A stretch of DNA of 64,000 nt, from positions 15,562,001 through 15,626,000 of the forward strand of contig OZ024744.1 of NCBI GenBank assembly GCA_964016885.1, read 5' to 3'. The translations under genes were made by a program, and so were the position numbers. This document shows, one piece after another, positions 23,636-37,180 of the stretch. The notes under the pieces were generated by a model. The model ran no database searches. It had not been told where the DNA came from and saw only the letters and a program-made list of their open reading frames with translations. Within the stretch, counting starts at the first letter, position 1. Each line of letters opens with the position of its first letter. This DNA comes from Eledone cirrhosa. Taxonomy: Eukaryota.

Positions 23636-23959
23636 CTAGGACATGTTAGATAATGTAGTTATGGGCCCCTTTCATACAAGAAAAAGACGGGATGGTCATG
23701 ATTGGAATGTTTTCGGCCCTAGGTCTTCTCTATCGTGGGACTTGAAGTTAAACAGCAAACAAAGGCTCAGCCATTAGCAGAACTGGCTACGTGACCTGCT
23801 AGAGATAGCAGCTAAATCCCTCACTAACTCAGTCTAAAGTCTTAAAATAAGAAATGAACATTCGATACTGTAGTCCTCGATAGGCAACGACTGGAATGCT
23901 AAACAACAAGTTGAATATAATATATTAGGCATAAATATATTAGATATTTTGTAATATTA

Positions 23960-24125
23960 TGTTGCTACAACATGCTGCGACACGTTCTCCGCTTCAAGCC
24001 TTGTTGCCGAGGCTCTGCTCACTGTAATACTGAGGAGAGGAAGATAGTTAAAACTGGGGCCTGAATGAAAACTTCATCTTTGGACCTGTCTCTGTGTGGA
24101 CCTCTGGTGTCCTTGGTCCCCACAT
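23960..24125 (+). pseudogene. Relic of the REL endonuclease domain of a CRE/NeSL-like non-LTR retrotransposon
   Basis: Frameshifted translation TTCCDTFSASSL...NTEERKIVK/GLNENFIFGPVSVWTSGVLGP. A second copy at 29751-29856 reads TEESGTVNYRGLTDHFLFVPVSVETSGVLGPH. Confidence 0.7.
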
Positions 24126-27100
24126 TACCACAGAGGAGAGAACCTCTGGTGTCCTTGGTCCCCACATTACCAGAGAGGAGAGGACCTCTGGTGACATTGG
24201 TCCCTACATTACCTCAGAGGAGAGGACCTCTGGTGACATTGGTCCCCACATTACCACAGAGGAGAGGACCTCTGGTGTCCTTGGTCCCCACATTACCTCA
24301 GAGGAGAGGACCTCTAGTGTCCTTGGTCCCCACATTACCACAGAGGAGAGGACCTCTGGTGTCCTTGGTCCCCATATTACCTCAGAGGAGAGGACCTCTA
24401 GTGTCCTTGGTCCCCACATTACCACAGAGGAGAGGACCTCTGGTGTCCTTAGTCCCTACATTACCACTGAGGAGAGGACCTCTGGTGTCCTTGGTCCCCA
24501 AATTACCTCAGAGGAGAAGAGCTCTGGTGTCCTTGGTCCCTACATTACCACATAGGAAAAGACCTCTGGTGTCCTTGGTCCCCACATTACCACAGAGGAG
24601 AGGACCTCTGGTGACATTGGTCCCTACATTACCACGGAGGAGAGGACCTCTGGTGTCCTTGGTCCCTATATTACCACAGAGGAGAGGGCCTCTGGTGTCC
24701 TTGGTCCCCACATTACCACAGAGGAGAGGAAGACCTATGGTGTCTTTGTTCTCCATATTACCACAGAGGAGAGGACCGCTGGTGACATTGGTCCCTACAT
24801 TACCACAGAGAGGACTTCTGGTGTCCTTGGTCCACACATTACCACAGAGGAGAGAAACTCTGGTGTCCTTGCTCCCCACATTACCACAGAGGAGATGAGG
24901 CCTCTAGTGTCCTTGGTACTCACATATCCACGGAGGAGAGGAAGACGTCTGGTGACCTTGATCCCCACATTACCTCAGAGGGTAAGACCTCTGGTGTCTT
25001 TGGTCCCCACATTACCAGAGAGGAGAAGACCTCTGGTGACCTTGATATCCACATTACCTCACAGGAGAAGAACTCTGGTGTCCTTGGTCCCCATATTACC
25101 ACAGAGGAGAGGAAGACCTCTGATGTATTTGGTCCCCGCGTTACCACATAGGAGAAGAACTCTGGTATCCTTGGTCTCCATATTACCTCAAATGAGAACA
25201 CATATTGCGTCCTTGCTCCCCACATTACCACAGAGGAGAGGAAGACCTCTAGTGTACTTGGTCCCCACATTACCACAGAGGAGAAGATCTCTGGTGTCCT
25301 TTGTCCTCACATTACACAGAGTCAAAGACCTTTGGTGATATTGGTCACCACATTACCACATAGGAGAAGATATGGTGTCCTTGGTCCCCACATTACCACA
25401 GAGAAAACTTCTAGTGTCCTTGGTCCCCACACTACCACAGAGGAGAAGACCTCTGGTCTCCTTGATGCCCATATTAACTCAAATGAGAGGACTTCTGGTG
25501 TCCTTGGTCAACACATTACCACAAACGAAAAGACATATGGTGTCCTTGCTCCCCACATTACCACAGAAGAGAGGAAGACCTCTTATGTCTTTGGTCCCTA
25601 CATTACCACAAAGGAGAAGACCTCTGGTGACATTGGTCCCCATATTACCTCAAAGGAGAGGACTACTGGTGTCCTTAGTCCCCACATTACAACACAGGAG
25701 AAGATCTGGTGTCCTTGGTCCCCACATTACCACAGTGAAGAAGACCTCTGGTGTACTTGGTCCTCACATTACCACAGAGAAAACCTCTGATGTCCTTGGT
25801 TCCCACATTACCACATAGGAGAAGATCTGGTGTCCTTGGTCCCCATATTACCACAGAGGAGAGAACCTCTGGTGTCATTGGTTCTCATATTACCACAGAG
25901 GAGAAGACCTCTGGTGTCCTTGTCCCCACATTACAACACAGGAGAAGATCTGGTGTACTTGGTCCTCACATTACAACACAGGAGAGGACCTCTTGTGTCC
26001 TTAGTCCCCACATTACCACAGATGAGAGGTCCTCTGGTGTCCTTGGTCCCCACATTACCACAGAGAAGACCTCTGGAGTCTTTGGTCCCCATATTACCCC
26101 AATGGAGAGGATCCCTGGTGCCCTTTTCCCCACATTACAACACAGGAGAAGATCTGGTGTACTTGGTCCCCACTTTACCACAGAGGAGAGGACCTCTTGT
26201 GTCCTTAGTCCCCCACATTGCCACAGATGAGAGGTCCTCTGATGTCCTTAGTCCCCACATTACCACAGATGAGAGGTCCTCTGGTGTCCTTGGTCCCCAC
26301 ATTACCACACAGGAGAGGAAGACCTCTGGTATCCTTTGTCCTCACATAACTACAGAGGTGAGGACAATTGGTGTCCTTGGTCCCCACATTACCACAGATG
26401 AGAGGACCTCTGGTGTCCCTGGTCTCCATATTACCACAGATGAGAGGTCCTCTGGTGTCCTTGGTCCCCACATTACCACACAGGAGAGGAAGACCTCTTG
26501 TATCCTTGGTCTCCAAATTACCACAGAGAAGAGAAATACCTCTGGTGTCCTTTGTCCTCACATAACTACAGAGGAGAGGACAATTGGTGTCCTTGGTTCC
26601 CACATTACCACAGAGGAGAAGAGAACCTCTGGTGCCCTTGGTCCCCACATTACCACAGTAAAGAAGCCCTTTGGTATTCTTGGTTCCTAAACTATCACAG
26701 AGACGAAGATCTCACGTCTCCCTGGTCCTCACATTACCACAGAGGAGAAGACCTCTGATGCCCTTGTCCCCACATTATAACACAGGAGAAGATCTGGTGT
26801 ACTTGGTCCCCACTTTACCACAGAGGAGAGGACCTCTTGTGTCCTTAGTCCTCACATTACCACAAACGATAAGACATCTGGTATCTTGCTCACCACATTA
26901 CCACAGAGGAGAAGAAGTCCTCATTTGTCCTTGGTACCCACATTACCACAGAGAAGAAGACATCTGGTTTCCTTGGTCCCCATATTACAACAAATTAGAG
27001 AACATCTTGTGGCTTTGGTCCCCACTTTACCACAGAGGAGATTACATCTGTTGTCCTTGCTCCCCACATTACCACAGAGAAGAGGACGTCTGGTGTCCTT

Positions 27101-29850
27101 TGTCCCCACATTACCACACCGGAGAGGAAGACCTTTGTTGTCCTTGTTCCCCACATTACTTCAGAGAAGATCTCTGGTGTCCTTGGCCCCCACATTATCA
27201 CAGAGGAGAAGACCTTTGGTGTCCTTGGTAGCCACATTGCCACACAGGAGAAGAAGTCCTCTTTTGTCCTTGGTCTCCACATTACCACATTGGAGAGGAA
27301 GACCTCTGGCCTCCTTAGTCCCCACATTACCACAGAGAAGAATACCTCTGGTTTCTTTGGTCATAATACCACAGATGAGAGGTCCTCTGGTGTCCTTGGT
27401 CCCCACATTACCACACAGGAGAGGAAGACCTCTGGTATCCTTGGTCTCCATATTACCACAGGGGAGAGGACCTCTGGTGTCCTTGGTCCCCACATTACAA
27501 CACAGGAGAGGAAGACCTCTGGTATCCTTGGTCTCAAAATTACCACAGAGAAGAGAAATACCTCTGGTGTCCTTTGTCCTCACATAACTACAGACGAGAG
27601 GACAATTGGTGTCCTTGGTTTCCACATTACCACAGAGGAGAAGAGAACCTCTGGTGCCCTTGGTCCCCACATTACCACAGTGAAGAAGCCCTTTGGTGTT
27701 CTTGATTCCTAAACTACCACAGAGACGAAGATCTCTCATCTCCCTGGTCCTCACATTATCACAGAGGAGAGGACCTCTGGTGTTCTTGGTCCCCACATTA
27801 CCACAGAGGAGAAGACATCTGGTGTCCCTGGTCCTCACATTACCACAGAGGAGAGGACCTCTGGTGTTTTGCTCGCCACATTACCATAGAGAAGAGGTTT
27901 TCTAGTGTCCTTGGTCCTCACATTACCACAGAGAAATCTCTGGTGCCCTTGGTCCCATTTTACCGCAGAGAAGAAGATATCTGGTGTCCATGGTCCCCAC
28001 ATTACCCCAGAGGAAAAGACCTCTGGTGGCTTTGGTCCCCATATTACCTCAATGGAGAGGACTTCTGGTGTCCTTACTCCCCACATTACAACACAGGAGA
28101 AGATCTGGTGTGCTTGGTCCCCATATTACCACAGAGGAGAGGAAGACCTCTGGTGTACTTGGTCCCCACATTACCACAAACGATAAGACATCTGGTATCT
28201 TGCTCACCACATTACCACAGAGGAGAAGAAGTCCTCATTTGTCCTTGGTACCCACATTACCACAGAGAAGAAGACATCTGGTTTCCTTGGTCCCCATATT
28301 ACAACAAATTAGAGAACATCTGGTGGCTTTGGTCCCCACTTTACCACAGAGGAGATTACGTCTGTTGTCCTTGCTCCCAACATTACCACAGAGGAGAGGA
28401 TGTCTGGTGTCCTTTGTCCCTACATTACCACACAGGAGAGGAAGACCTTTGTTGTCCTTGTTCCCCACATTTCTTCAGAGAAGATCTCTGGTGTCCTTGG
28501 TCCCATTTTACCGCAGGAAGAAGATATCTGGTGTCCATGGTCCCCACATTACCACAGAGGAGATGACCTCTGATGTACTTGGTCCCCATATTACCGCAGA
28601 GTAGAGGACCTCTGGAGGCTTTGGTCCCCCATTTACCACAGAAGAGAGGACCTCTGGTGTCCATGGTCCCCACATACCCACAGAGAAGAGGAAGACCACT
28701 GTTCTTCTTGTTCCGCACATTACTACAGAGAAGATCTCTGGTGTTCTTGGTCTCCACATTACCACAGAGGAGAAGACCTCTGGTGACATCGGACCCCACA
28801 TTACCACAGAAGAGAAGAAGTCCTCTTTTGTCCTTGTTCCCCAAATTACCACAGAGAAGATGTCCTCTTTTGTCCTTGGTACCCACATTACCACAGAGGA
28901 GAGGACTTCTGGTGTCCTTGGTCCCCATATTACAACAAAGTAGAGAACATCTGGTGGCTTTGGTCCCCACTTTACCACAGAGGAGATTACGTCTGTTGTC
29001 CTTGCTCCCCACATTACCACAGAGGAGAGGACGTCTTGTGTCCTTTGTCCCCACATTATCACACAGGAGAGGAAGACCTTTGTTGTCCTTGTTCCCCACA
29101 TTGCTTCAGAGAAGATCTCTGGTGTTCTTGGCCCCCACATTAGCACAGAAGAGAAGACCTTTGGTGTCCTTGGTACCCAGATTGCCACAGAGGAGAAGAA
29201 GACCTCTGGTGTCCTTGGTCCCCACATTACCACATTGGAGAGGAAGACCTCTGGCCTCCTTAGCCCCCACATTACCACAGAGGAGAAGACCTCTGGTGTC
29301 CTTGGTCCCCTCATTACCACAGAGAAGAATACCTCTGATTTCTTTGGTCCTCATAATGCCACAGATGAGAGGACCTCTGGTGTCCTTGGTCCCTATATTA
29401 CCACAGAGGAGAAGAGCTCTGGTGTCTTTGGTCCCCACATTACCACAGAGGAGAGGAGGGCCTCTGGTGTCCTTGGTCCCCATATTACCACAGAGGAGAG
29501 GAAGGCCTCTGGTGTCCTTGGTCCCCACATTACCACAGAGAAGATCTCTGTTGTCCCTGGTCCTCACATTACCACAGAGAATAGGAATAACTCTGGTGTC
29601 GTTGGTCCCAAAATTACCACATAGGAGACGACCTGTGGAATCCTTGATCCCCACATTACCATAGAGGAGGAGAAGACCTCTGGTGTCCTTGGTCTTCATA
29701 TTACCACAGAGGAGAAGACCCCTTGTGTCCTTCTTCGTATCCACATTACCACAGAGGAGAGTGGGACAGTTAACTACAGGGGCCTGACTGACCACTTCCT
29801 CTTTGTGCCTGTCTCTGTGGAGACCTCTGGTGTCCTTGGTCCCCACACTG
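24098..29850 (+). repeat. 42-bp minisatellite (GGACCTCTGGTGTCCTTGGTCCCCACATTACCACAGAGGAGA)n, about 5.7 kb, over 100 units
   Basis: Directly visible, with 14-aa periodic ORFs in several frames. Unit variants of 39, 42 and 45 bp, plus internal higher-order duplications (e.g. ACAAACGATAAGACATC at 26862 and 28175). Confidence 0.97.
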
Positions 29851-30489
29851 CTGAAGCCTCTGAAAAATTTTCTTTTCATCTCCTTTTTTGTTTGTTACCT
29901 TTAATAGTGTGTTTTTATATTTGTATAAACTGCTTAGTTACCATTGTAAATATTATTGAGAATACAACAAAAGGTGAACCAATGGCATGGATTTAGATAA
30001 ACTAGTTAAATGGTGATGTGTTATATGATGTACTAAAAAAAAAAAAATGAAATAATGAATTTTACCTCTTGGTGAGAGAAAGAAAACAAATTGAGTTGTA
30101 ATTGGTGAATCGCAAAGAGGGACGGAGATAATTTTAAGAAATTAAGAATTAATTTCATAGAAAAACGAACTTTCATGCTTAGAGTAGGACATTTAATATA
30201 TTATATATTAGAAATATTTTGCGTAAGAATGTATTTTTGTGTGTGCTAGTTTATTTGTAATTTGTAATGTGGGCCCGGACGATGTGAGAAAACATTGCCT
30301 CAGGGCTCGCTCCAGTAAGTCGCTTTATTTGCCTGTTAAAATTATTTGTTGTTAAATATTTCTTGTTGTGTAAGGGATATAAGCCCTTAGACTTTGCCCT
30401 GTGAAGGGGAAAGTATAATATTTGGGCATTTGGCCCAAATATTTGAAAATTGTACTTTAAAAAAAAAAAATGTTTTATAAAAAAACAAA

Positions 30490-33400
30490 AACATGGCTGA
30501 GCCACGCCCCCCAGCAATGTCTGCTATCGTCTGACAACGGTGTAAAAGTTGAGAGGGGGGTTAATGAAATTCCTACAACAGACACCACCACAAACAACGT
30601 GAACAAAGACAACACTGAGAAACTAATTTTTAAAAAATTACCACACCAACTACAACAATAACAGTGACAGCCAAAATACAGACAACAGAAAAAAATGACA
30701 ACAAATACAACAACGATATTAACACCACTAACAAGAAAATAAACAACGACAACACCAACAGCAACAATACAAATTGCACCGAAAACAACAACAACGGTGG
30801 CACCCAAAACACAACCAACTACAACAGTGATAACAACAACACCAACAACATCGTTTGTAGCAGTAGCAACAGCACCAACAACAAGACTAATAGCAGCAGT
30901 AGCGGCAGCATAATGGTGCCGCTGAAAAAGAGGCCACTTCTGTTGCAGGTGTGACCCGAAATATAGAGACAGTGCTAGTCACGGAGGAGGAGATGGTAGT
31001 CGCAAGGGCCATGGTGTCGAGAAACGACAATAGAGGTTCCCTGAAACCTCCACCCGATTTCTTCAAAGACCACAGCTGCGCACGGTGAATTAACGCACCG
31101 TAAGAAAAATTTCACATCAGGTGGAGAATGCCACGGAGGCTCAAATCCAAAAGGCCTTGGGGTGCGTCTGGACACGCAAAACCCACATCACCCGAGGCAG
31201 AAAGTACGCCACAATAGACGTACTTTTCGCCACCCCCCAAGAAGCGAAGTCTCACTCTTTGGAAACCCTAAAGAGTGAGGAGATAGTCTTGGTGCCCTCC
31301 TACTGCGGGCAGAAAATTGTAAGGGTCAAAGTGACCTAGGTCCCGCCCGACGTGCCCATATCTTGGCTGGCCGCGTCTCTCCTTGCTGGAATCGAGGAGA
31401 AGACCACCATACTACAAATTCAGAGAATGGGAAGAGAGAACTGGTCAGGAATAGGCATGCAAATGCTAATACAGACTGACCAGGAGAGCATCGTGGCCAT
31501 CCCAGACATCGTAGACCTCGAAGAAGGACTCCAACTCCCTATAAGCGTGGACGGAAGGCGCCCTAAGTGGACAAAAGTGTCCCCTCAGGGCCTTCTGCTC
31601 GCAGAAGACAGCCAAGAAGAGCCCCCCCCCCTCCTTCCGACGCCTGATCCACTGCTACCAAGTTCAGGGCAGGCAACAGAGACAGAAGACCGTTCCGTGG
31701 TGAGTAGGAGCGCAACGTCTGTGGAACCCATACCAAGGCCAGGGACAACTAAAACAGCGGCAGCAGTGGCGGCAACACCAACAGTCGCAGTAGCTACGCC
31801 GGCGGTAAAATCGCCGGAGCGGGCTCCACTACCACCACCAACATCAGTGGAGCTCATGCCCCTCCCGGGCGCCACGGGGTACTACATTGAGTGTGAGGCG
31901 GGAGGGAAGTGGCAAACGGTCTGCCACAAAAAACAAAAACCCCTTAGCTTCACCCTCCAAATGCGAAGGAAGACAAAGAAGGGTAAAGGCTGCAAGGAAA
32001 CTTGCAACAACGCCACCACCATCCCACCATCACCACCACAAGCATCACCACCAACAACAACCACACCACCACCAGCATCACCCAAAACACCAACTTCGCA
32101 AACACCACAAATTACACACACCCAACAGCAACAACAAGAAAACAGCAACACAATAACCCCCCCCCCCCAAAAAAAAAAAGTACACAGCCAATACACATGG
32201 CAAATAAAGAACTCCTACAACATATAAAGCAGCACACAGACATCACAGAAAAAACTACTACACCCCACCAACACCAAGAACTCTCCCGACAAACATAAGC
32301 ATAATTGAAATATGAATAGAACATTCCAAACTTTTAAAACAAAAATTCCCCAACGCAGTTGGAGACTTCAGAGTGTCGGTTACCAAGAGGATATACACAG
32401 ACATCCTCTTGGAAACACCCATGACCAGCCAAAGGGACGCTTCTACTGTCCCTTCACCACACGATCAAGGTAAGTGATCCTTTCTTACTTACCCCGTTTC
32501 TCATTCAACATGGCCGTACTTAGAATAGGATGTATAAATGTACGTGGCCTGGGGTCATCTTGGAAGCAGGGTCACCTGCTCAACGACCTCAGGTCACTAA
32601 ACATAGATGTGGTGGCCATCAGCGAGACCAGAATCTCCGAAGCACGAGCCTTCGCACCGATCTTCGGCGGCTACGATGTATACGCATCTCCCAGCCGTCC
32701 AGGATCGGGGGGGAAGGGTTGCCGTGCTTTTTCGGCGAGGCTTGGATCTTGCCATACGGCCCATCTTCCTGGACCAAGAAGGTAAGTCGGTGGTGCTGGA
32801 CGTGACCGGCAACGAAGGAAATGATTTCAGGCTAGTAGCCGTCTACGCCCCAACAGGCGCAGGACGGCTAGACTTCTACAGACGTCTAGATACCTTTCTT
32901 CGAACGTCCCGCTCTTTAGTGTTAGTGGGCGACTGGAACGGAATCTTAGAGGCACGCTGGGATTATGTGGGGCTAGTAGACAAGGCAGGAGGGTGTAAAA
33001 GCGTCAACAACCTGTTCAGACGTTTTGAACTGTCCGAATGTGCCAATGTGGACATGGGCAAACCGCATCGGGTTATCCAGATCGTATTTAGATAGGGTAT
33101 TCTGTAGGGAAACAGATAAGGCTAGTGTAGGTGGTCCACAATTTAAAGTAGTCGACTACACGGACAACAAATTTGTGATCTGTGAAGTTTACTTAGATAG
33201 ACTCCATAGGCAAGGCCCGGCTACTGGAAGCTGGACGCGTCGTTCCCGGATTAGCGAATTAGTTAACCGTGCGTTGACGGGTGCGATCATAAACAACAGG
33301 TAGTGGTTTACCCTGAAAAAGGCTATTAGAGTAGAATCGATAAGGTTTAGCAAAGGAGTAGTGATAGAGGAAAATAGAGTAGAGGGAGAGTTAGTTAGAA

Positions 33401-35533
33401 AGCTAGAAGAGGCGTTTAGGACAGGCATCACAACCGACGTGCTTGCGGCGAGATTGGCACTCGACCAATTCTTCAACGCAAAGCATGAAGGCTGCGTTGT
33501 CAGAGCTAGAGCGCCTGCTCTGAAACACGAGGGGACGAAAGCCGTTCAATGGGCCCGGGTGGCGGAGGCGCGACGCGGCAACAAGTCCACAATTCGGTCT
33601 TTGTCTGATCAAAACGGGCGCATGTGGCTCGAACCCGAGCAGATGTGTGCGGCTTTTCAACAGCACTTTGCTCAATTGTTCGGGAGCGGCGGCGGGCCAG
33701 ACCCGGAGTATGGACTTCGGTGCATACCTCGACGGACTGCCGCGGCTCTCGACGACCGCAGCGCAGTGCTGCGAAAAGCCGATAACAGCAGGTGAAATAT
33801 GGGGCGCGATGTCTGACTGCACGAGGGTAAATCGCCATGTTTGAATGGTCTGCCCTATGAGCATTATGCGTATATGCCAGACTTGTTCGGCGACCTCTTG
33901 GCAGATGTATACTGCGACTGGCAGCAGAAAGGGACCATTCCCAGTTTTGTGGGCCGGGGAGCGGTGGCGCTGCTGAGAAAAGACCCGAACAAGGGGGACA
34001 TTTATAGACAACCTCAGGCCCATAACTCTGCTAAACGCAGAGTTTAATATTTTGGCCAAGGTGTTAGCAAAGAGATCTGGTGGGAGAGGCGCAGACATTC
34101 GCCATTCCGGACAGATCCATCCACGACAACCTCCATCTCATGCGATACATAATAGAGAGGGTGGTTAAGGAACCTGGCACGGGTGGGGCCCTGATCAAAT
34201 TGGATCAATCTAAAGCATTTGATAGAGTCGACCATCGATACCTGGCTGCGGTCCCGTTTTTAGGGGCTTGATGGCTGCGATGCACAGCAACATCTGCTTG
34301 ATTGTGAGGGTGAATGGTCACCTGTCGCAGCCTTTCAGCATCATGCACTCGGTTCGACAGGTTTGCCCCCTCTCGTCCCTCTTGTACGTACTGGCCCTCG
34401 AGCCGTTACTGCACAAATTGGAGACCATGAGGGGTGTCCCACGCGAACTGGGATACGGGAGATCCGTGTCAGCTTACGCCAACGACATCACCGTGGTGGT
34501 GTCGAGCACCAAAAACGTCAAGATGCTCGGCACCACTCTCAAGGAATACGAAGCGGTGACAGGAGCAAAGATAAACCAGGAAAAGTCGGTGGGATTCCAG
34601 CTCGGCACCTGGAGAGGCAAGTCCATGCAGTCCGATAGCGTCGTGGGGCGCTGGACGGAAGGACCGGTTAAATTGGTCGGGGTCTGGTTCGGTCCGGACC
34701 TCCAGATGGAGAAAAACTGGAGCGAGGTGACCAGCAGGGTGGCCTCTCACACCCAGAAATCGACCGAGAGCAGGCTGTCTCTGAAAGGTCGAGCGGATGC
34801 GTGCATAGCGTCCGTCATCTGCTACTAACTGACCGTCGTACCTTGCCCCCGCCCAACTCTGACCAAAATGGAGCGCCTTCTCTTCCGCTTTTTGTGGAAG
34901 GGACGTGCTCCCATGGACGGACCATTTGCTGTCAACACCCGTTGCGTGGAGGACTAGGCATGTCGTGGCTGATGATGCGCAAACAAGCGCTGAGGCTGCG
35001 ATATCTCTGGTGCTTCCTTGGCGGTGAACAGGTGTGGTCGCCGTTTGCCAGACGCGCTTTTCCTCAGCTCGTCTTCTTGGCGGAGCTGCAGTCCTGGATC
35101 AGGAAAAGACCGAGGGATAGCGCTTGGAAGCTGGAATGTCTCCAAGCACTCACCGCCCTCTACCAGCTGGGCATTAGTATCGGTGGAACATCCACCTCGG
35201 AGTTCTATAGAGAGCTAGTGGAGGGAAAGTGCGACGACGTTCTCGGGGAGACCCTGTCCGAGATGCGCACAGGACGACGAAACCGTCCTGCGCGCACACG
35301 TTCAGTGCCCGAGGATTGCTCACTTGTGGAGCTATGTCGAACAGCTGCTGTCGCGTGTAGGACGGATACGGTTATCGACTTAGTCCATTGTGCAGATAGC
35401 CCTGCCCTCTTCCTTTAAAGAGGAGGAAGGGTAGGCAGTTTTCATCTACCTGGTGGCCATGGAGAAAGAGACTGTGTGGTGGACAAGGTTGAAAGGATTG
35501 AAGCGGATACTTTCCTCTCCGGCTATTCCCTGA
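30490..35533 (+). mobile_element. Near full-length degenerate L1/Tx1-type LINE (ORF1, APE, RT)
   Basis: ORF1 fragments are homologous to 1813-2493. ORF2 starts at 32510 (MAVLRIGCINVRGL) and contains VYAP, GDWN, LDQSKAFDRV, RQVCPLS and SAYANDI. The 3' end is replaced by Penelope sequence. Confidence 0.92.
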
Positions 35534-36915
35534 TGAAACAGTCGTCAAGGTATCTCTTAGCGACTGTTTCATTATCTGGACAGGATCTCTAGATACTCTG
35601 GATGAGTTCAATATCCTCCTGAATAACCTATACCCATCTCTCCAATTCACAAAAGAGATGAGTAGTACCAAATTACCATTCCTAGATATAATGGTAATCA
35701 AAAACGACACCACCTTTACCACGGATATATACTATAAACACACAGACACCCATCAATATCTGAATGTTAAGTCGTGCCATCCACCTCTTACAAAACGCAA
35801 CATCCCATACTGCCTAGCCAGAAGAATTTGTACCATTGTAGAAGATACGAATACCAGGAACAAACGCCTAACAGAACTGAGAGAATTTTTGCTCAAACAA
35901 AAATACCCATCTCTACTTATAGAAAATGGCATACAGCAGGCTATAAAAATACCTATACAACAACTTAGGACAACCCAAGGAAGAAGAAACCAAGAACTGG
36001 TCATACCATTTATAATGACACACAACCCATGTCACCAGAATCTCTTCAACACTGCCAAAGCAAACCTACCGATCATTGCTCAAAGTACTGAATTAAAAGG
36101 CTTAATCACAGACCGATCTTTGACTCTTAGTAAAAGACAGCCGAAAAATTTGAAGCAATTACTAACAAAGGCAAAGTTTGACCTTAACAACAAAGACCAA
36201 TCATTCACTGTAAATGCAATGATAGTCGATGTGGCACATGTCAATCCATACACACCGGTCAATATATGAACACAAAAACTGGAAAAGTATTCCCAAATGC
36301 AAATATGACCTACAAAAGCAGAAATCTAATTTACTGCATTAAATGCCCGAATTGTGAAGAACTATATGTCGGTCAAACTGGAAATGCACTATCGGAACGT
36401 TCACGGGTGCACCGACAGCAAATCTGAGACCCAAATGTCCGTCAGATACCTCTGAGTAACCATCTAGCAACATGTGGTCAGAAAATATTTATAATATTTC
36501 CATTCTACAAATTACACAGCCCAAGTGAAATCAAGAGAAAAATCAAAGAAAAGAATTTTATTGATAAATTCCAACGACAAGCTAAATGAACAATAATAAT
36601 GGGGTATCCTACTATGACTATGACTACGACCACTAACAACAACAACAATAATAATAATTAAAGTGATGTTGATGGTGATGATTACTAGAAAATGCTATTT
36701 TCATCATTTCTAAAAATAGCAAAACAATTGATGCTTTGGATAGGGTCAAATAGAAGTCATTAGACATGCTCAACCAACCGAGACGCCTAAACCAATCAGC
36801 TTTAGTAATCCAGTGAAACTACACACCGATTGGTCGAAATACAGTTTGCAAAATCTAGCATTCTGTAGCCGCTTTTCACTGTATATAAGGCACACAATTT
36901 AACCATCTCATTACA
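35534..36915 (+). mobile_element. Penelope-like element (Neptune-type), 5'-truncated: RT C-terminus, Cys linker, GIY-YIG endonuclease
   Basis: LPFLDI, DIYYKHTDTHQYL, SCHP; RCGTC linker; NLIYCIKCPNCEELYVGQTG at about 36320-36380. Confidence 0.92.
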
Positions 36916-37097
36916 GTTGAAAATTGCAAACTTTACTGTCACCACAGATTATGAACCTGACGATTGCGAAAGCATGAAAGTGCTTTTTCAATTAACACTT
37001 AACATTTAATATTCTACCATACTATTTCATTTTAATACCATTATAATTTTAAAGGATTGTAAATAAAACGAGTAAATCAGACAAAGTTGGAATTCCT

Positions 37098-37180
<83 letters not shown>

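Noticed and set aside
24065-29879. Long ORFs (up to 363 aa) in the 42-bp array as a real protein gene
   Set aside because: Open frames occur in several frames and on both strands because the unit is 3n and stop-poor. Frameshifting units and stops interrupt them, and no splice context was found.
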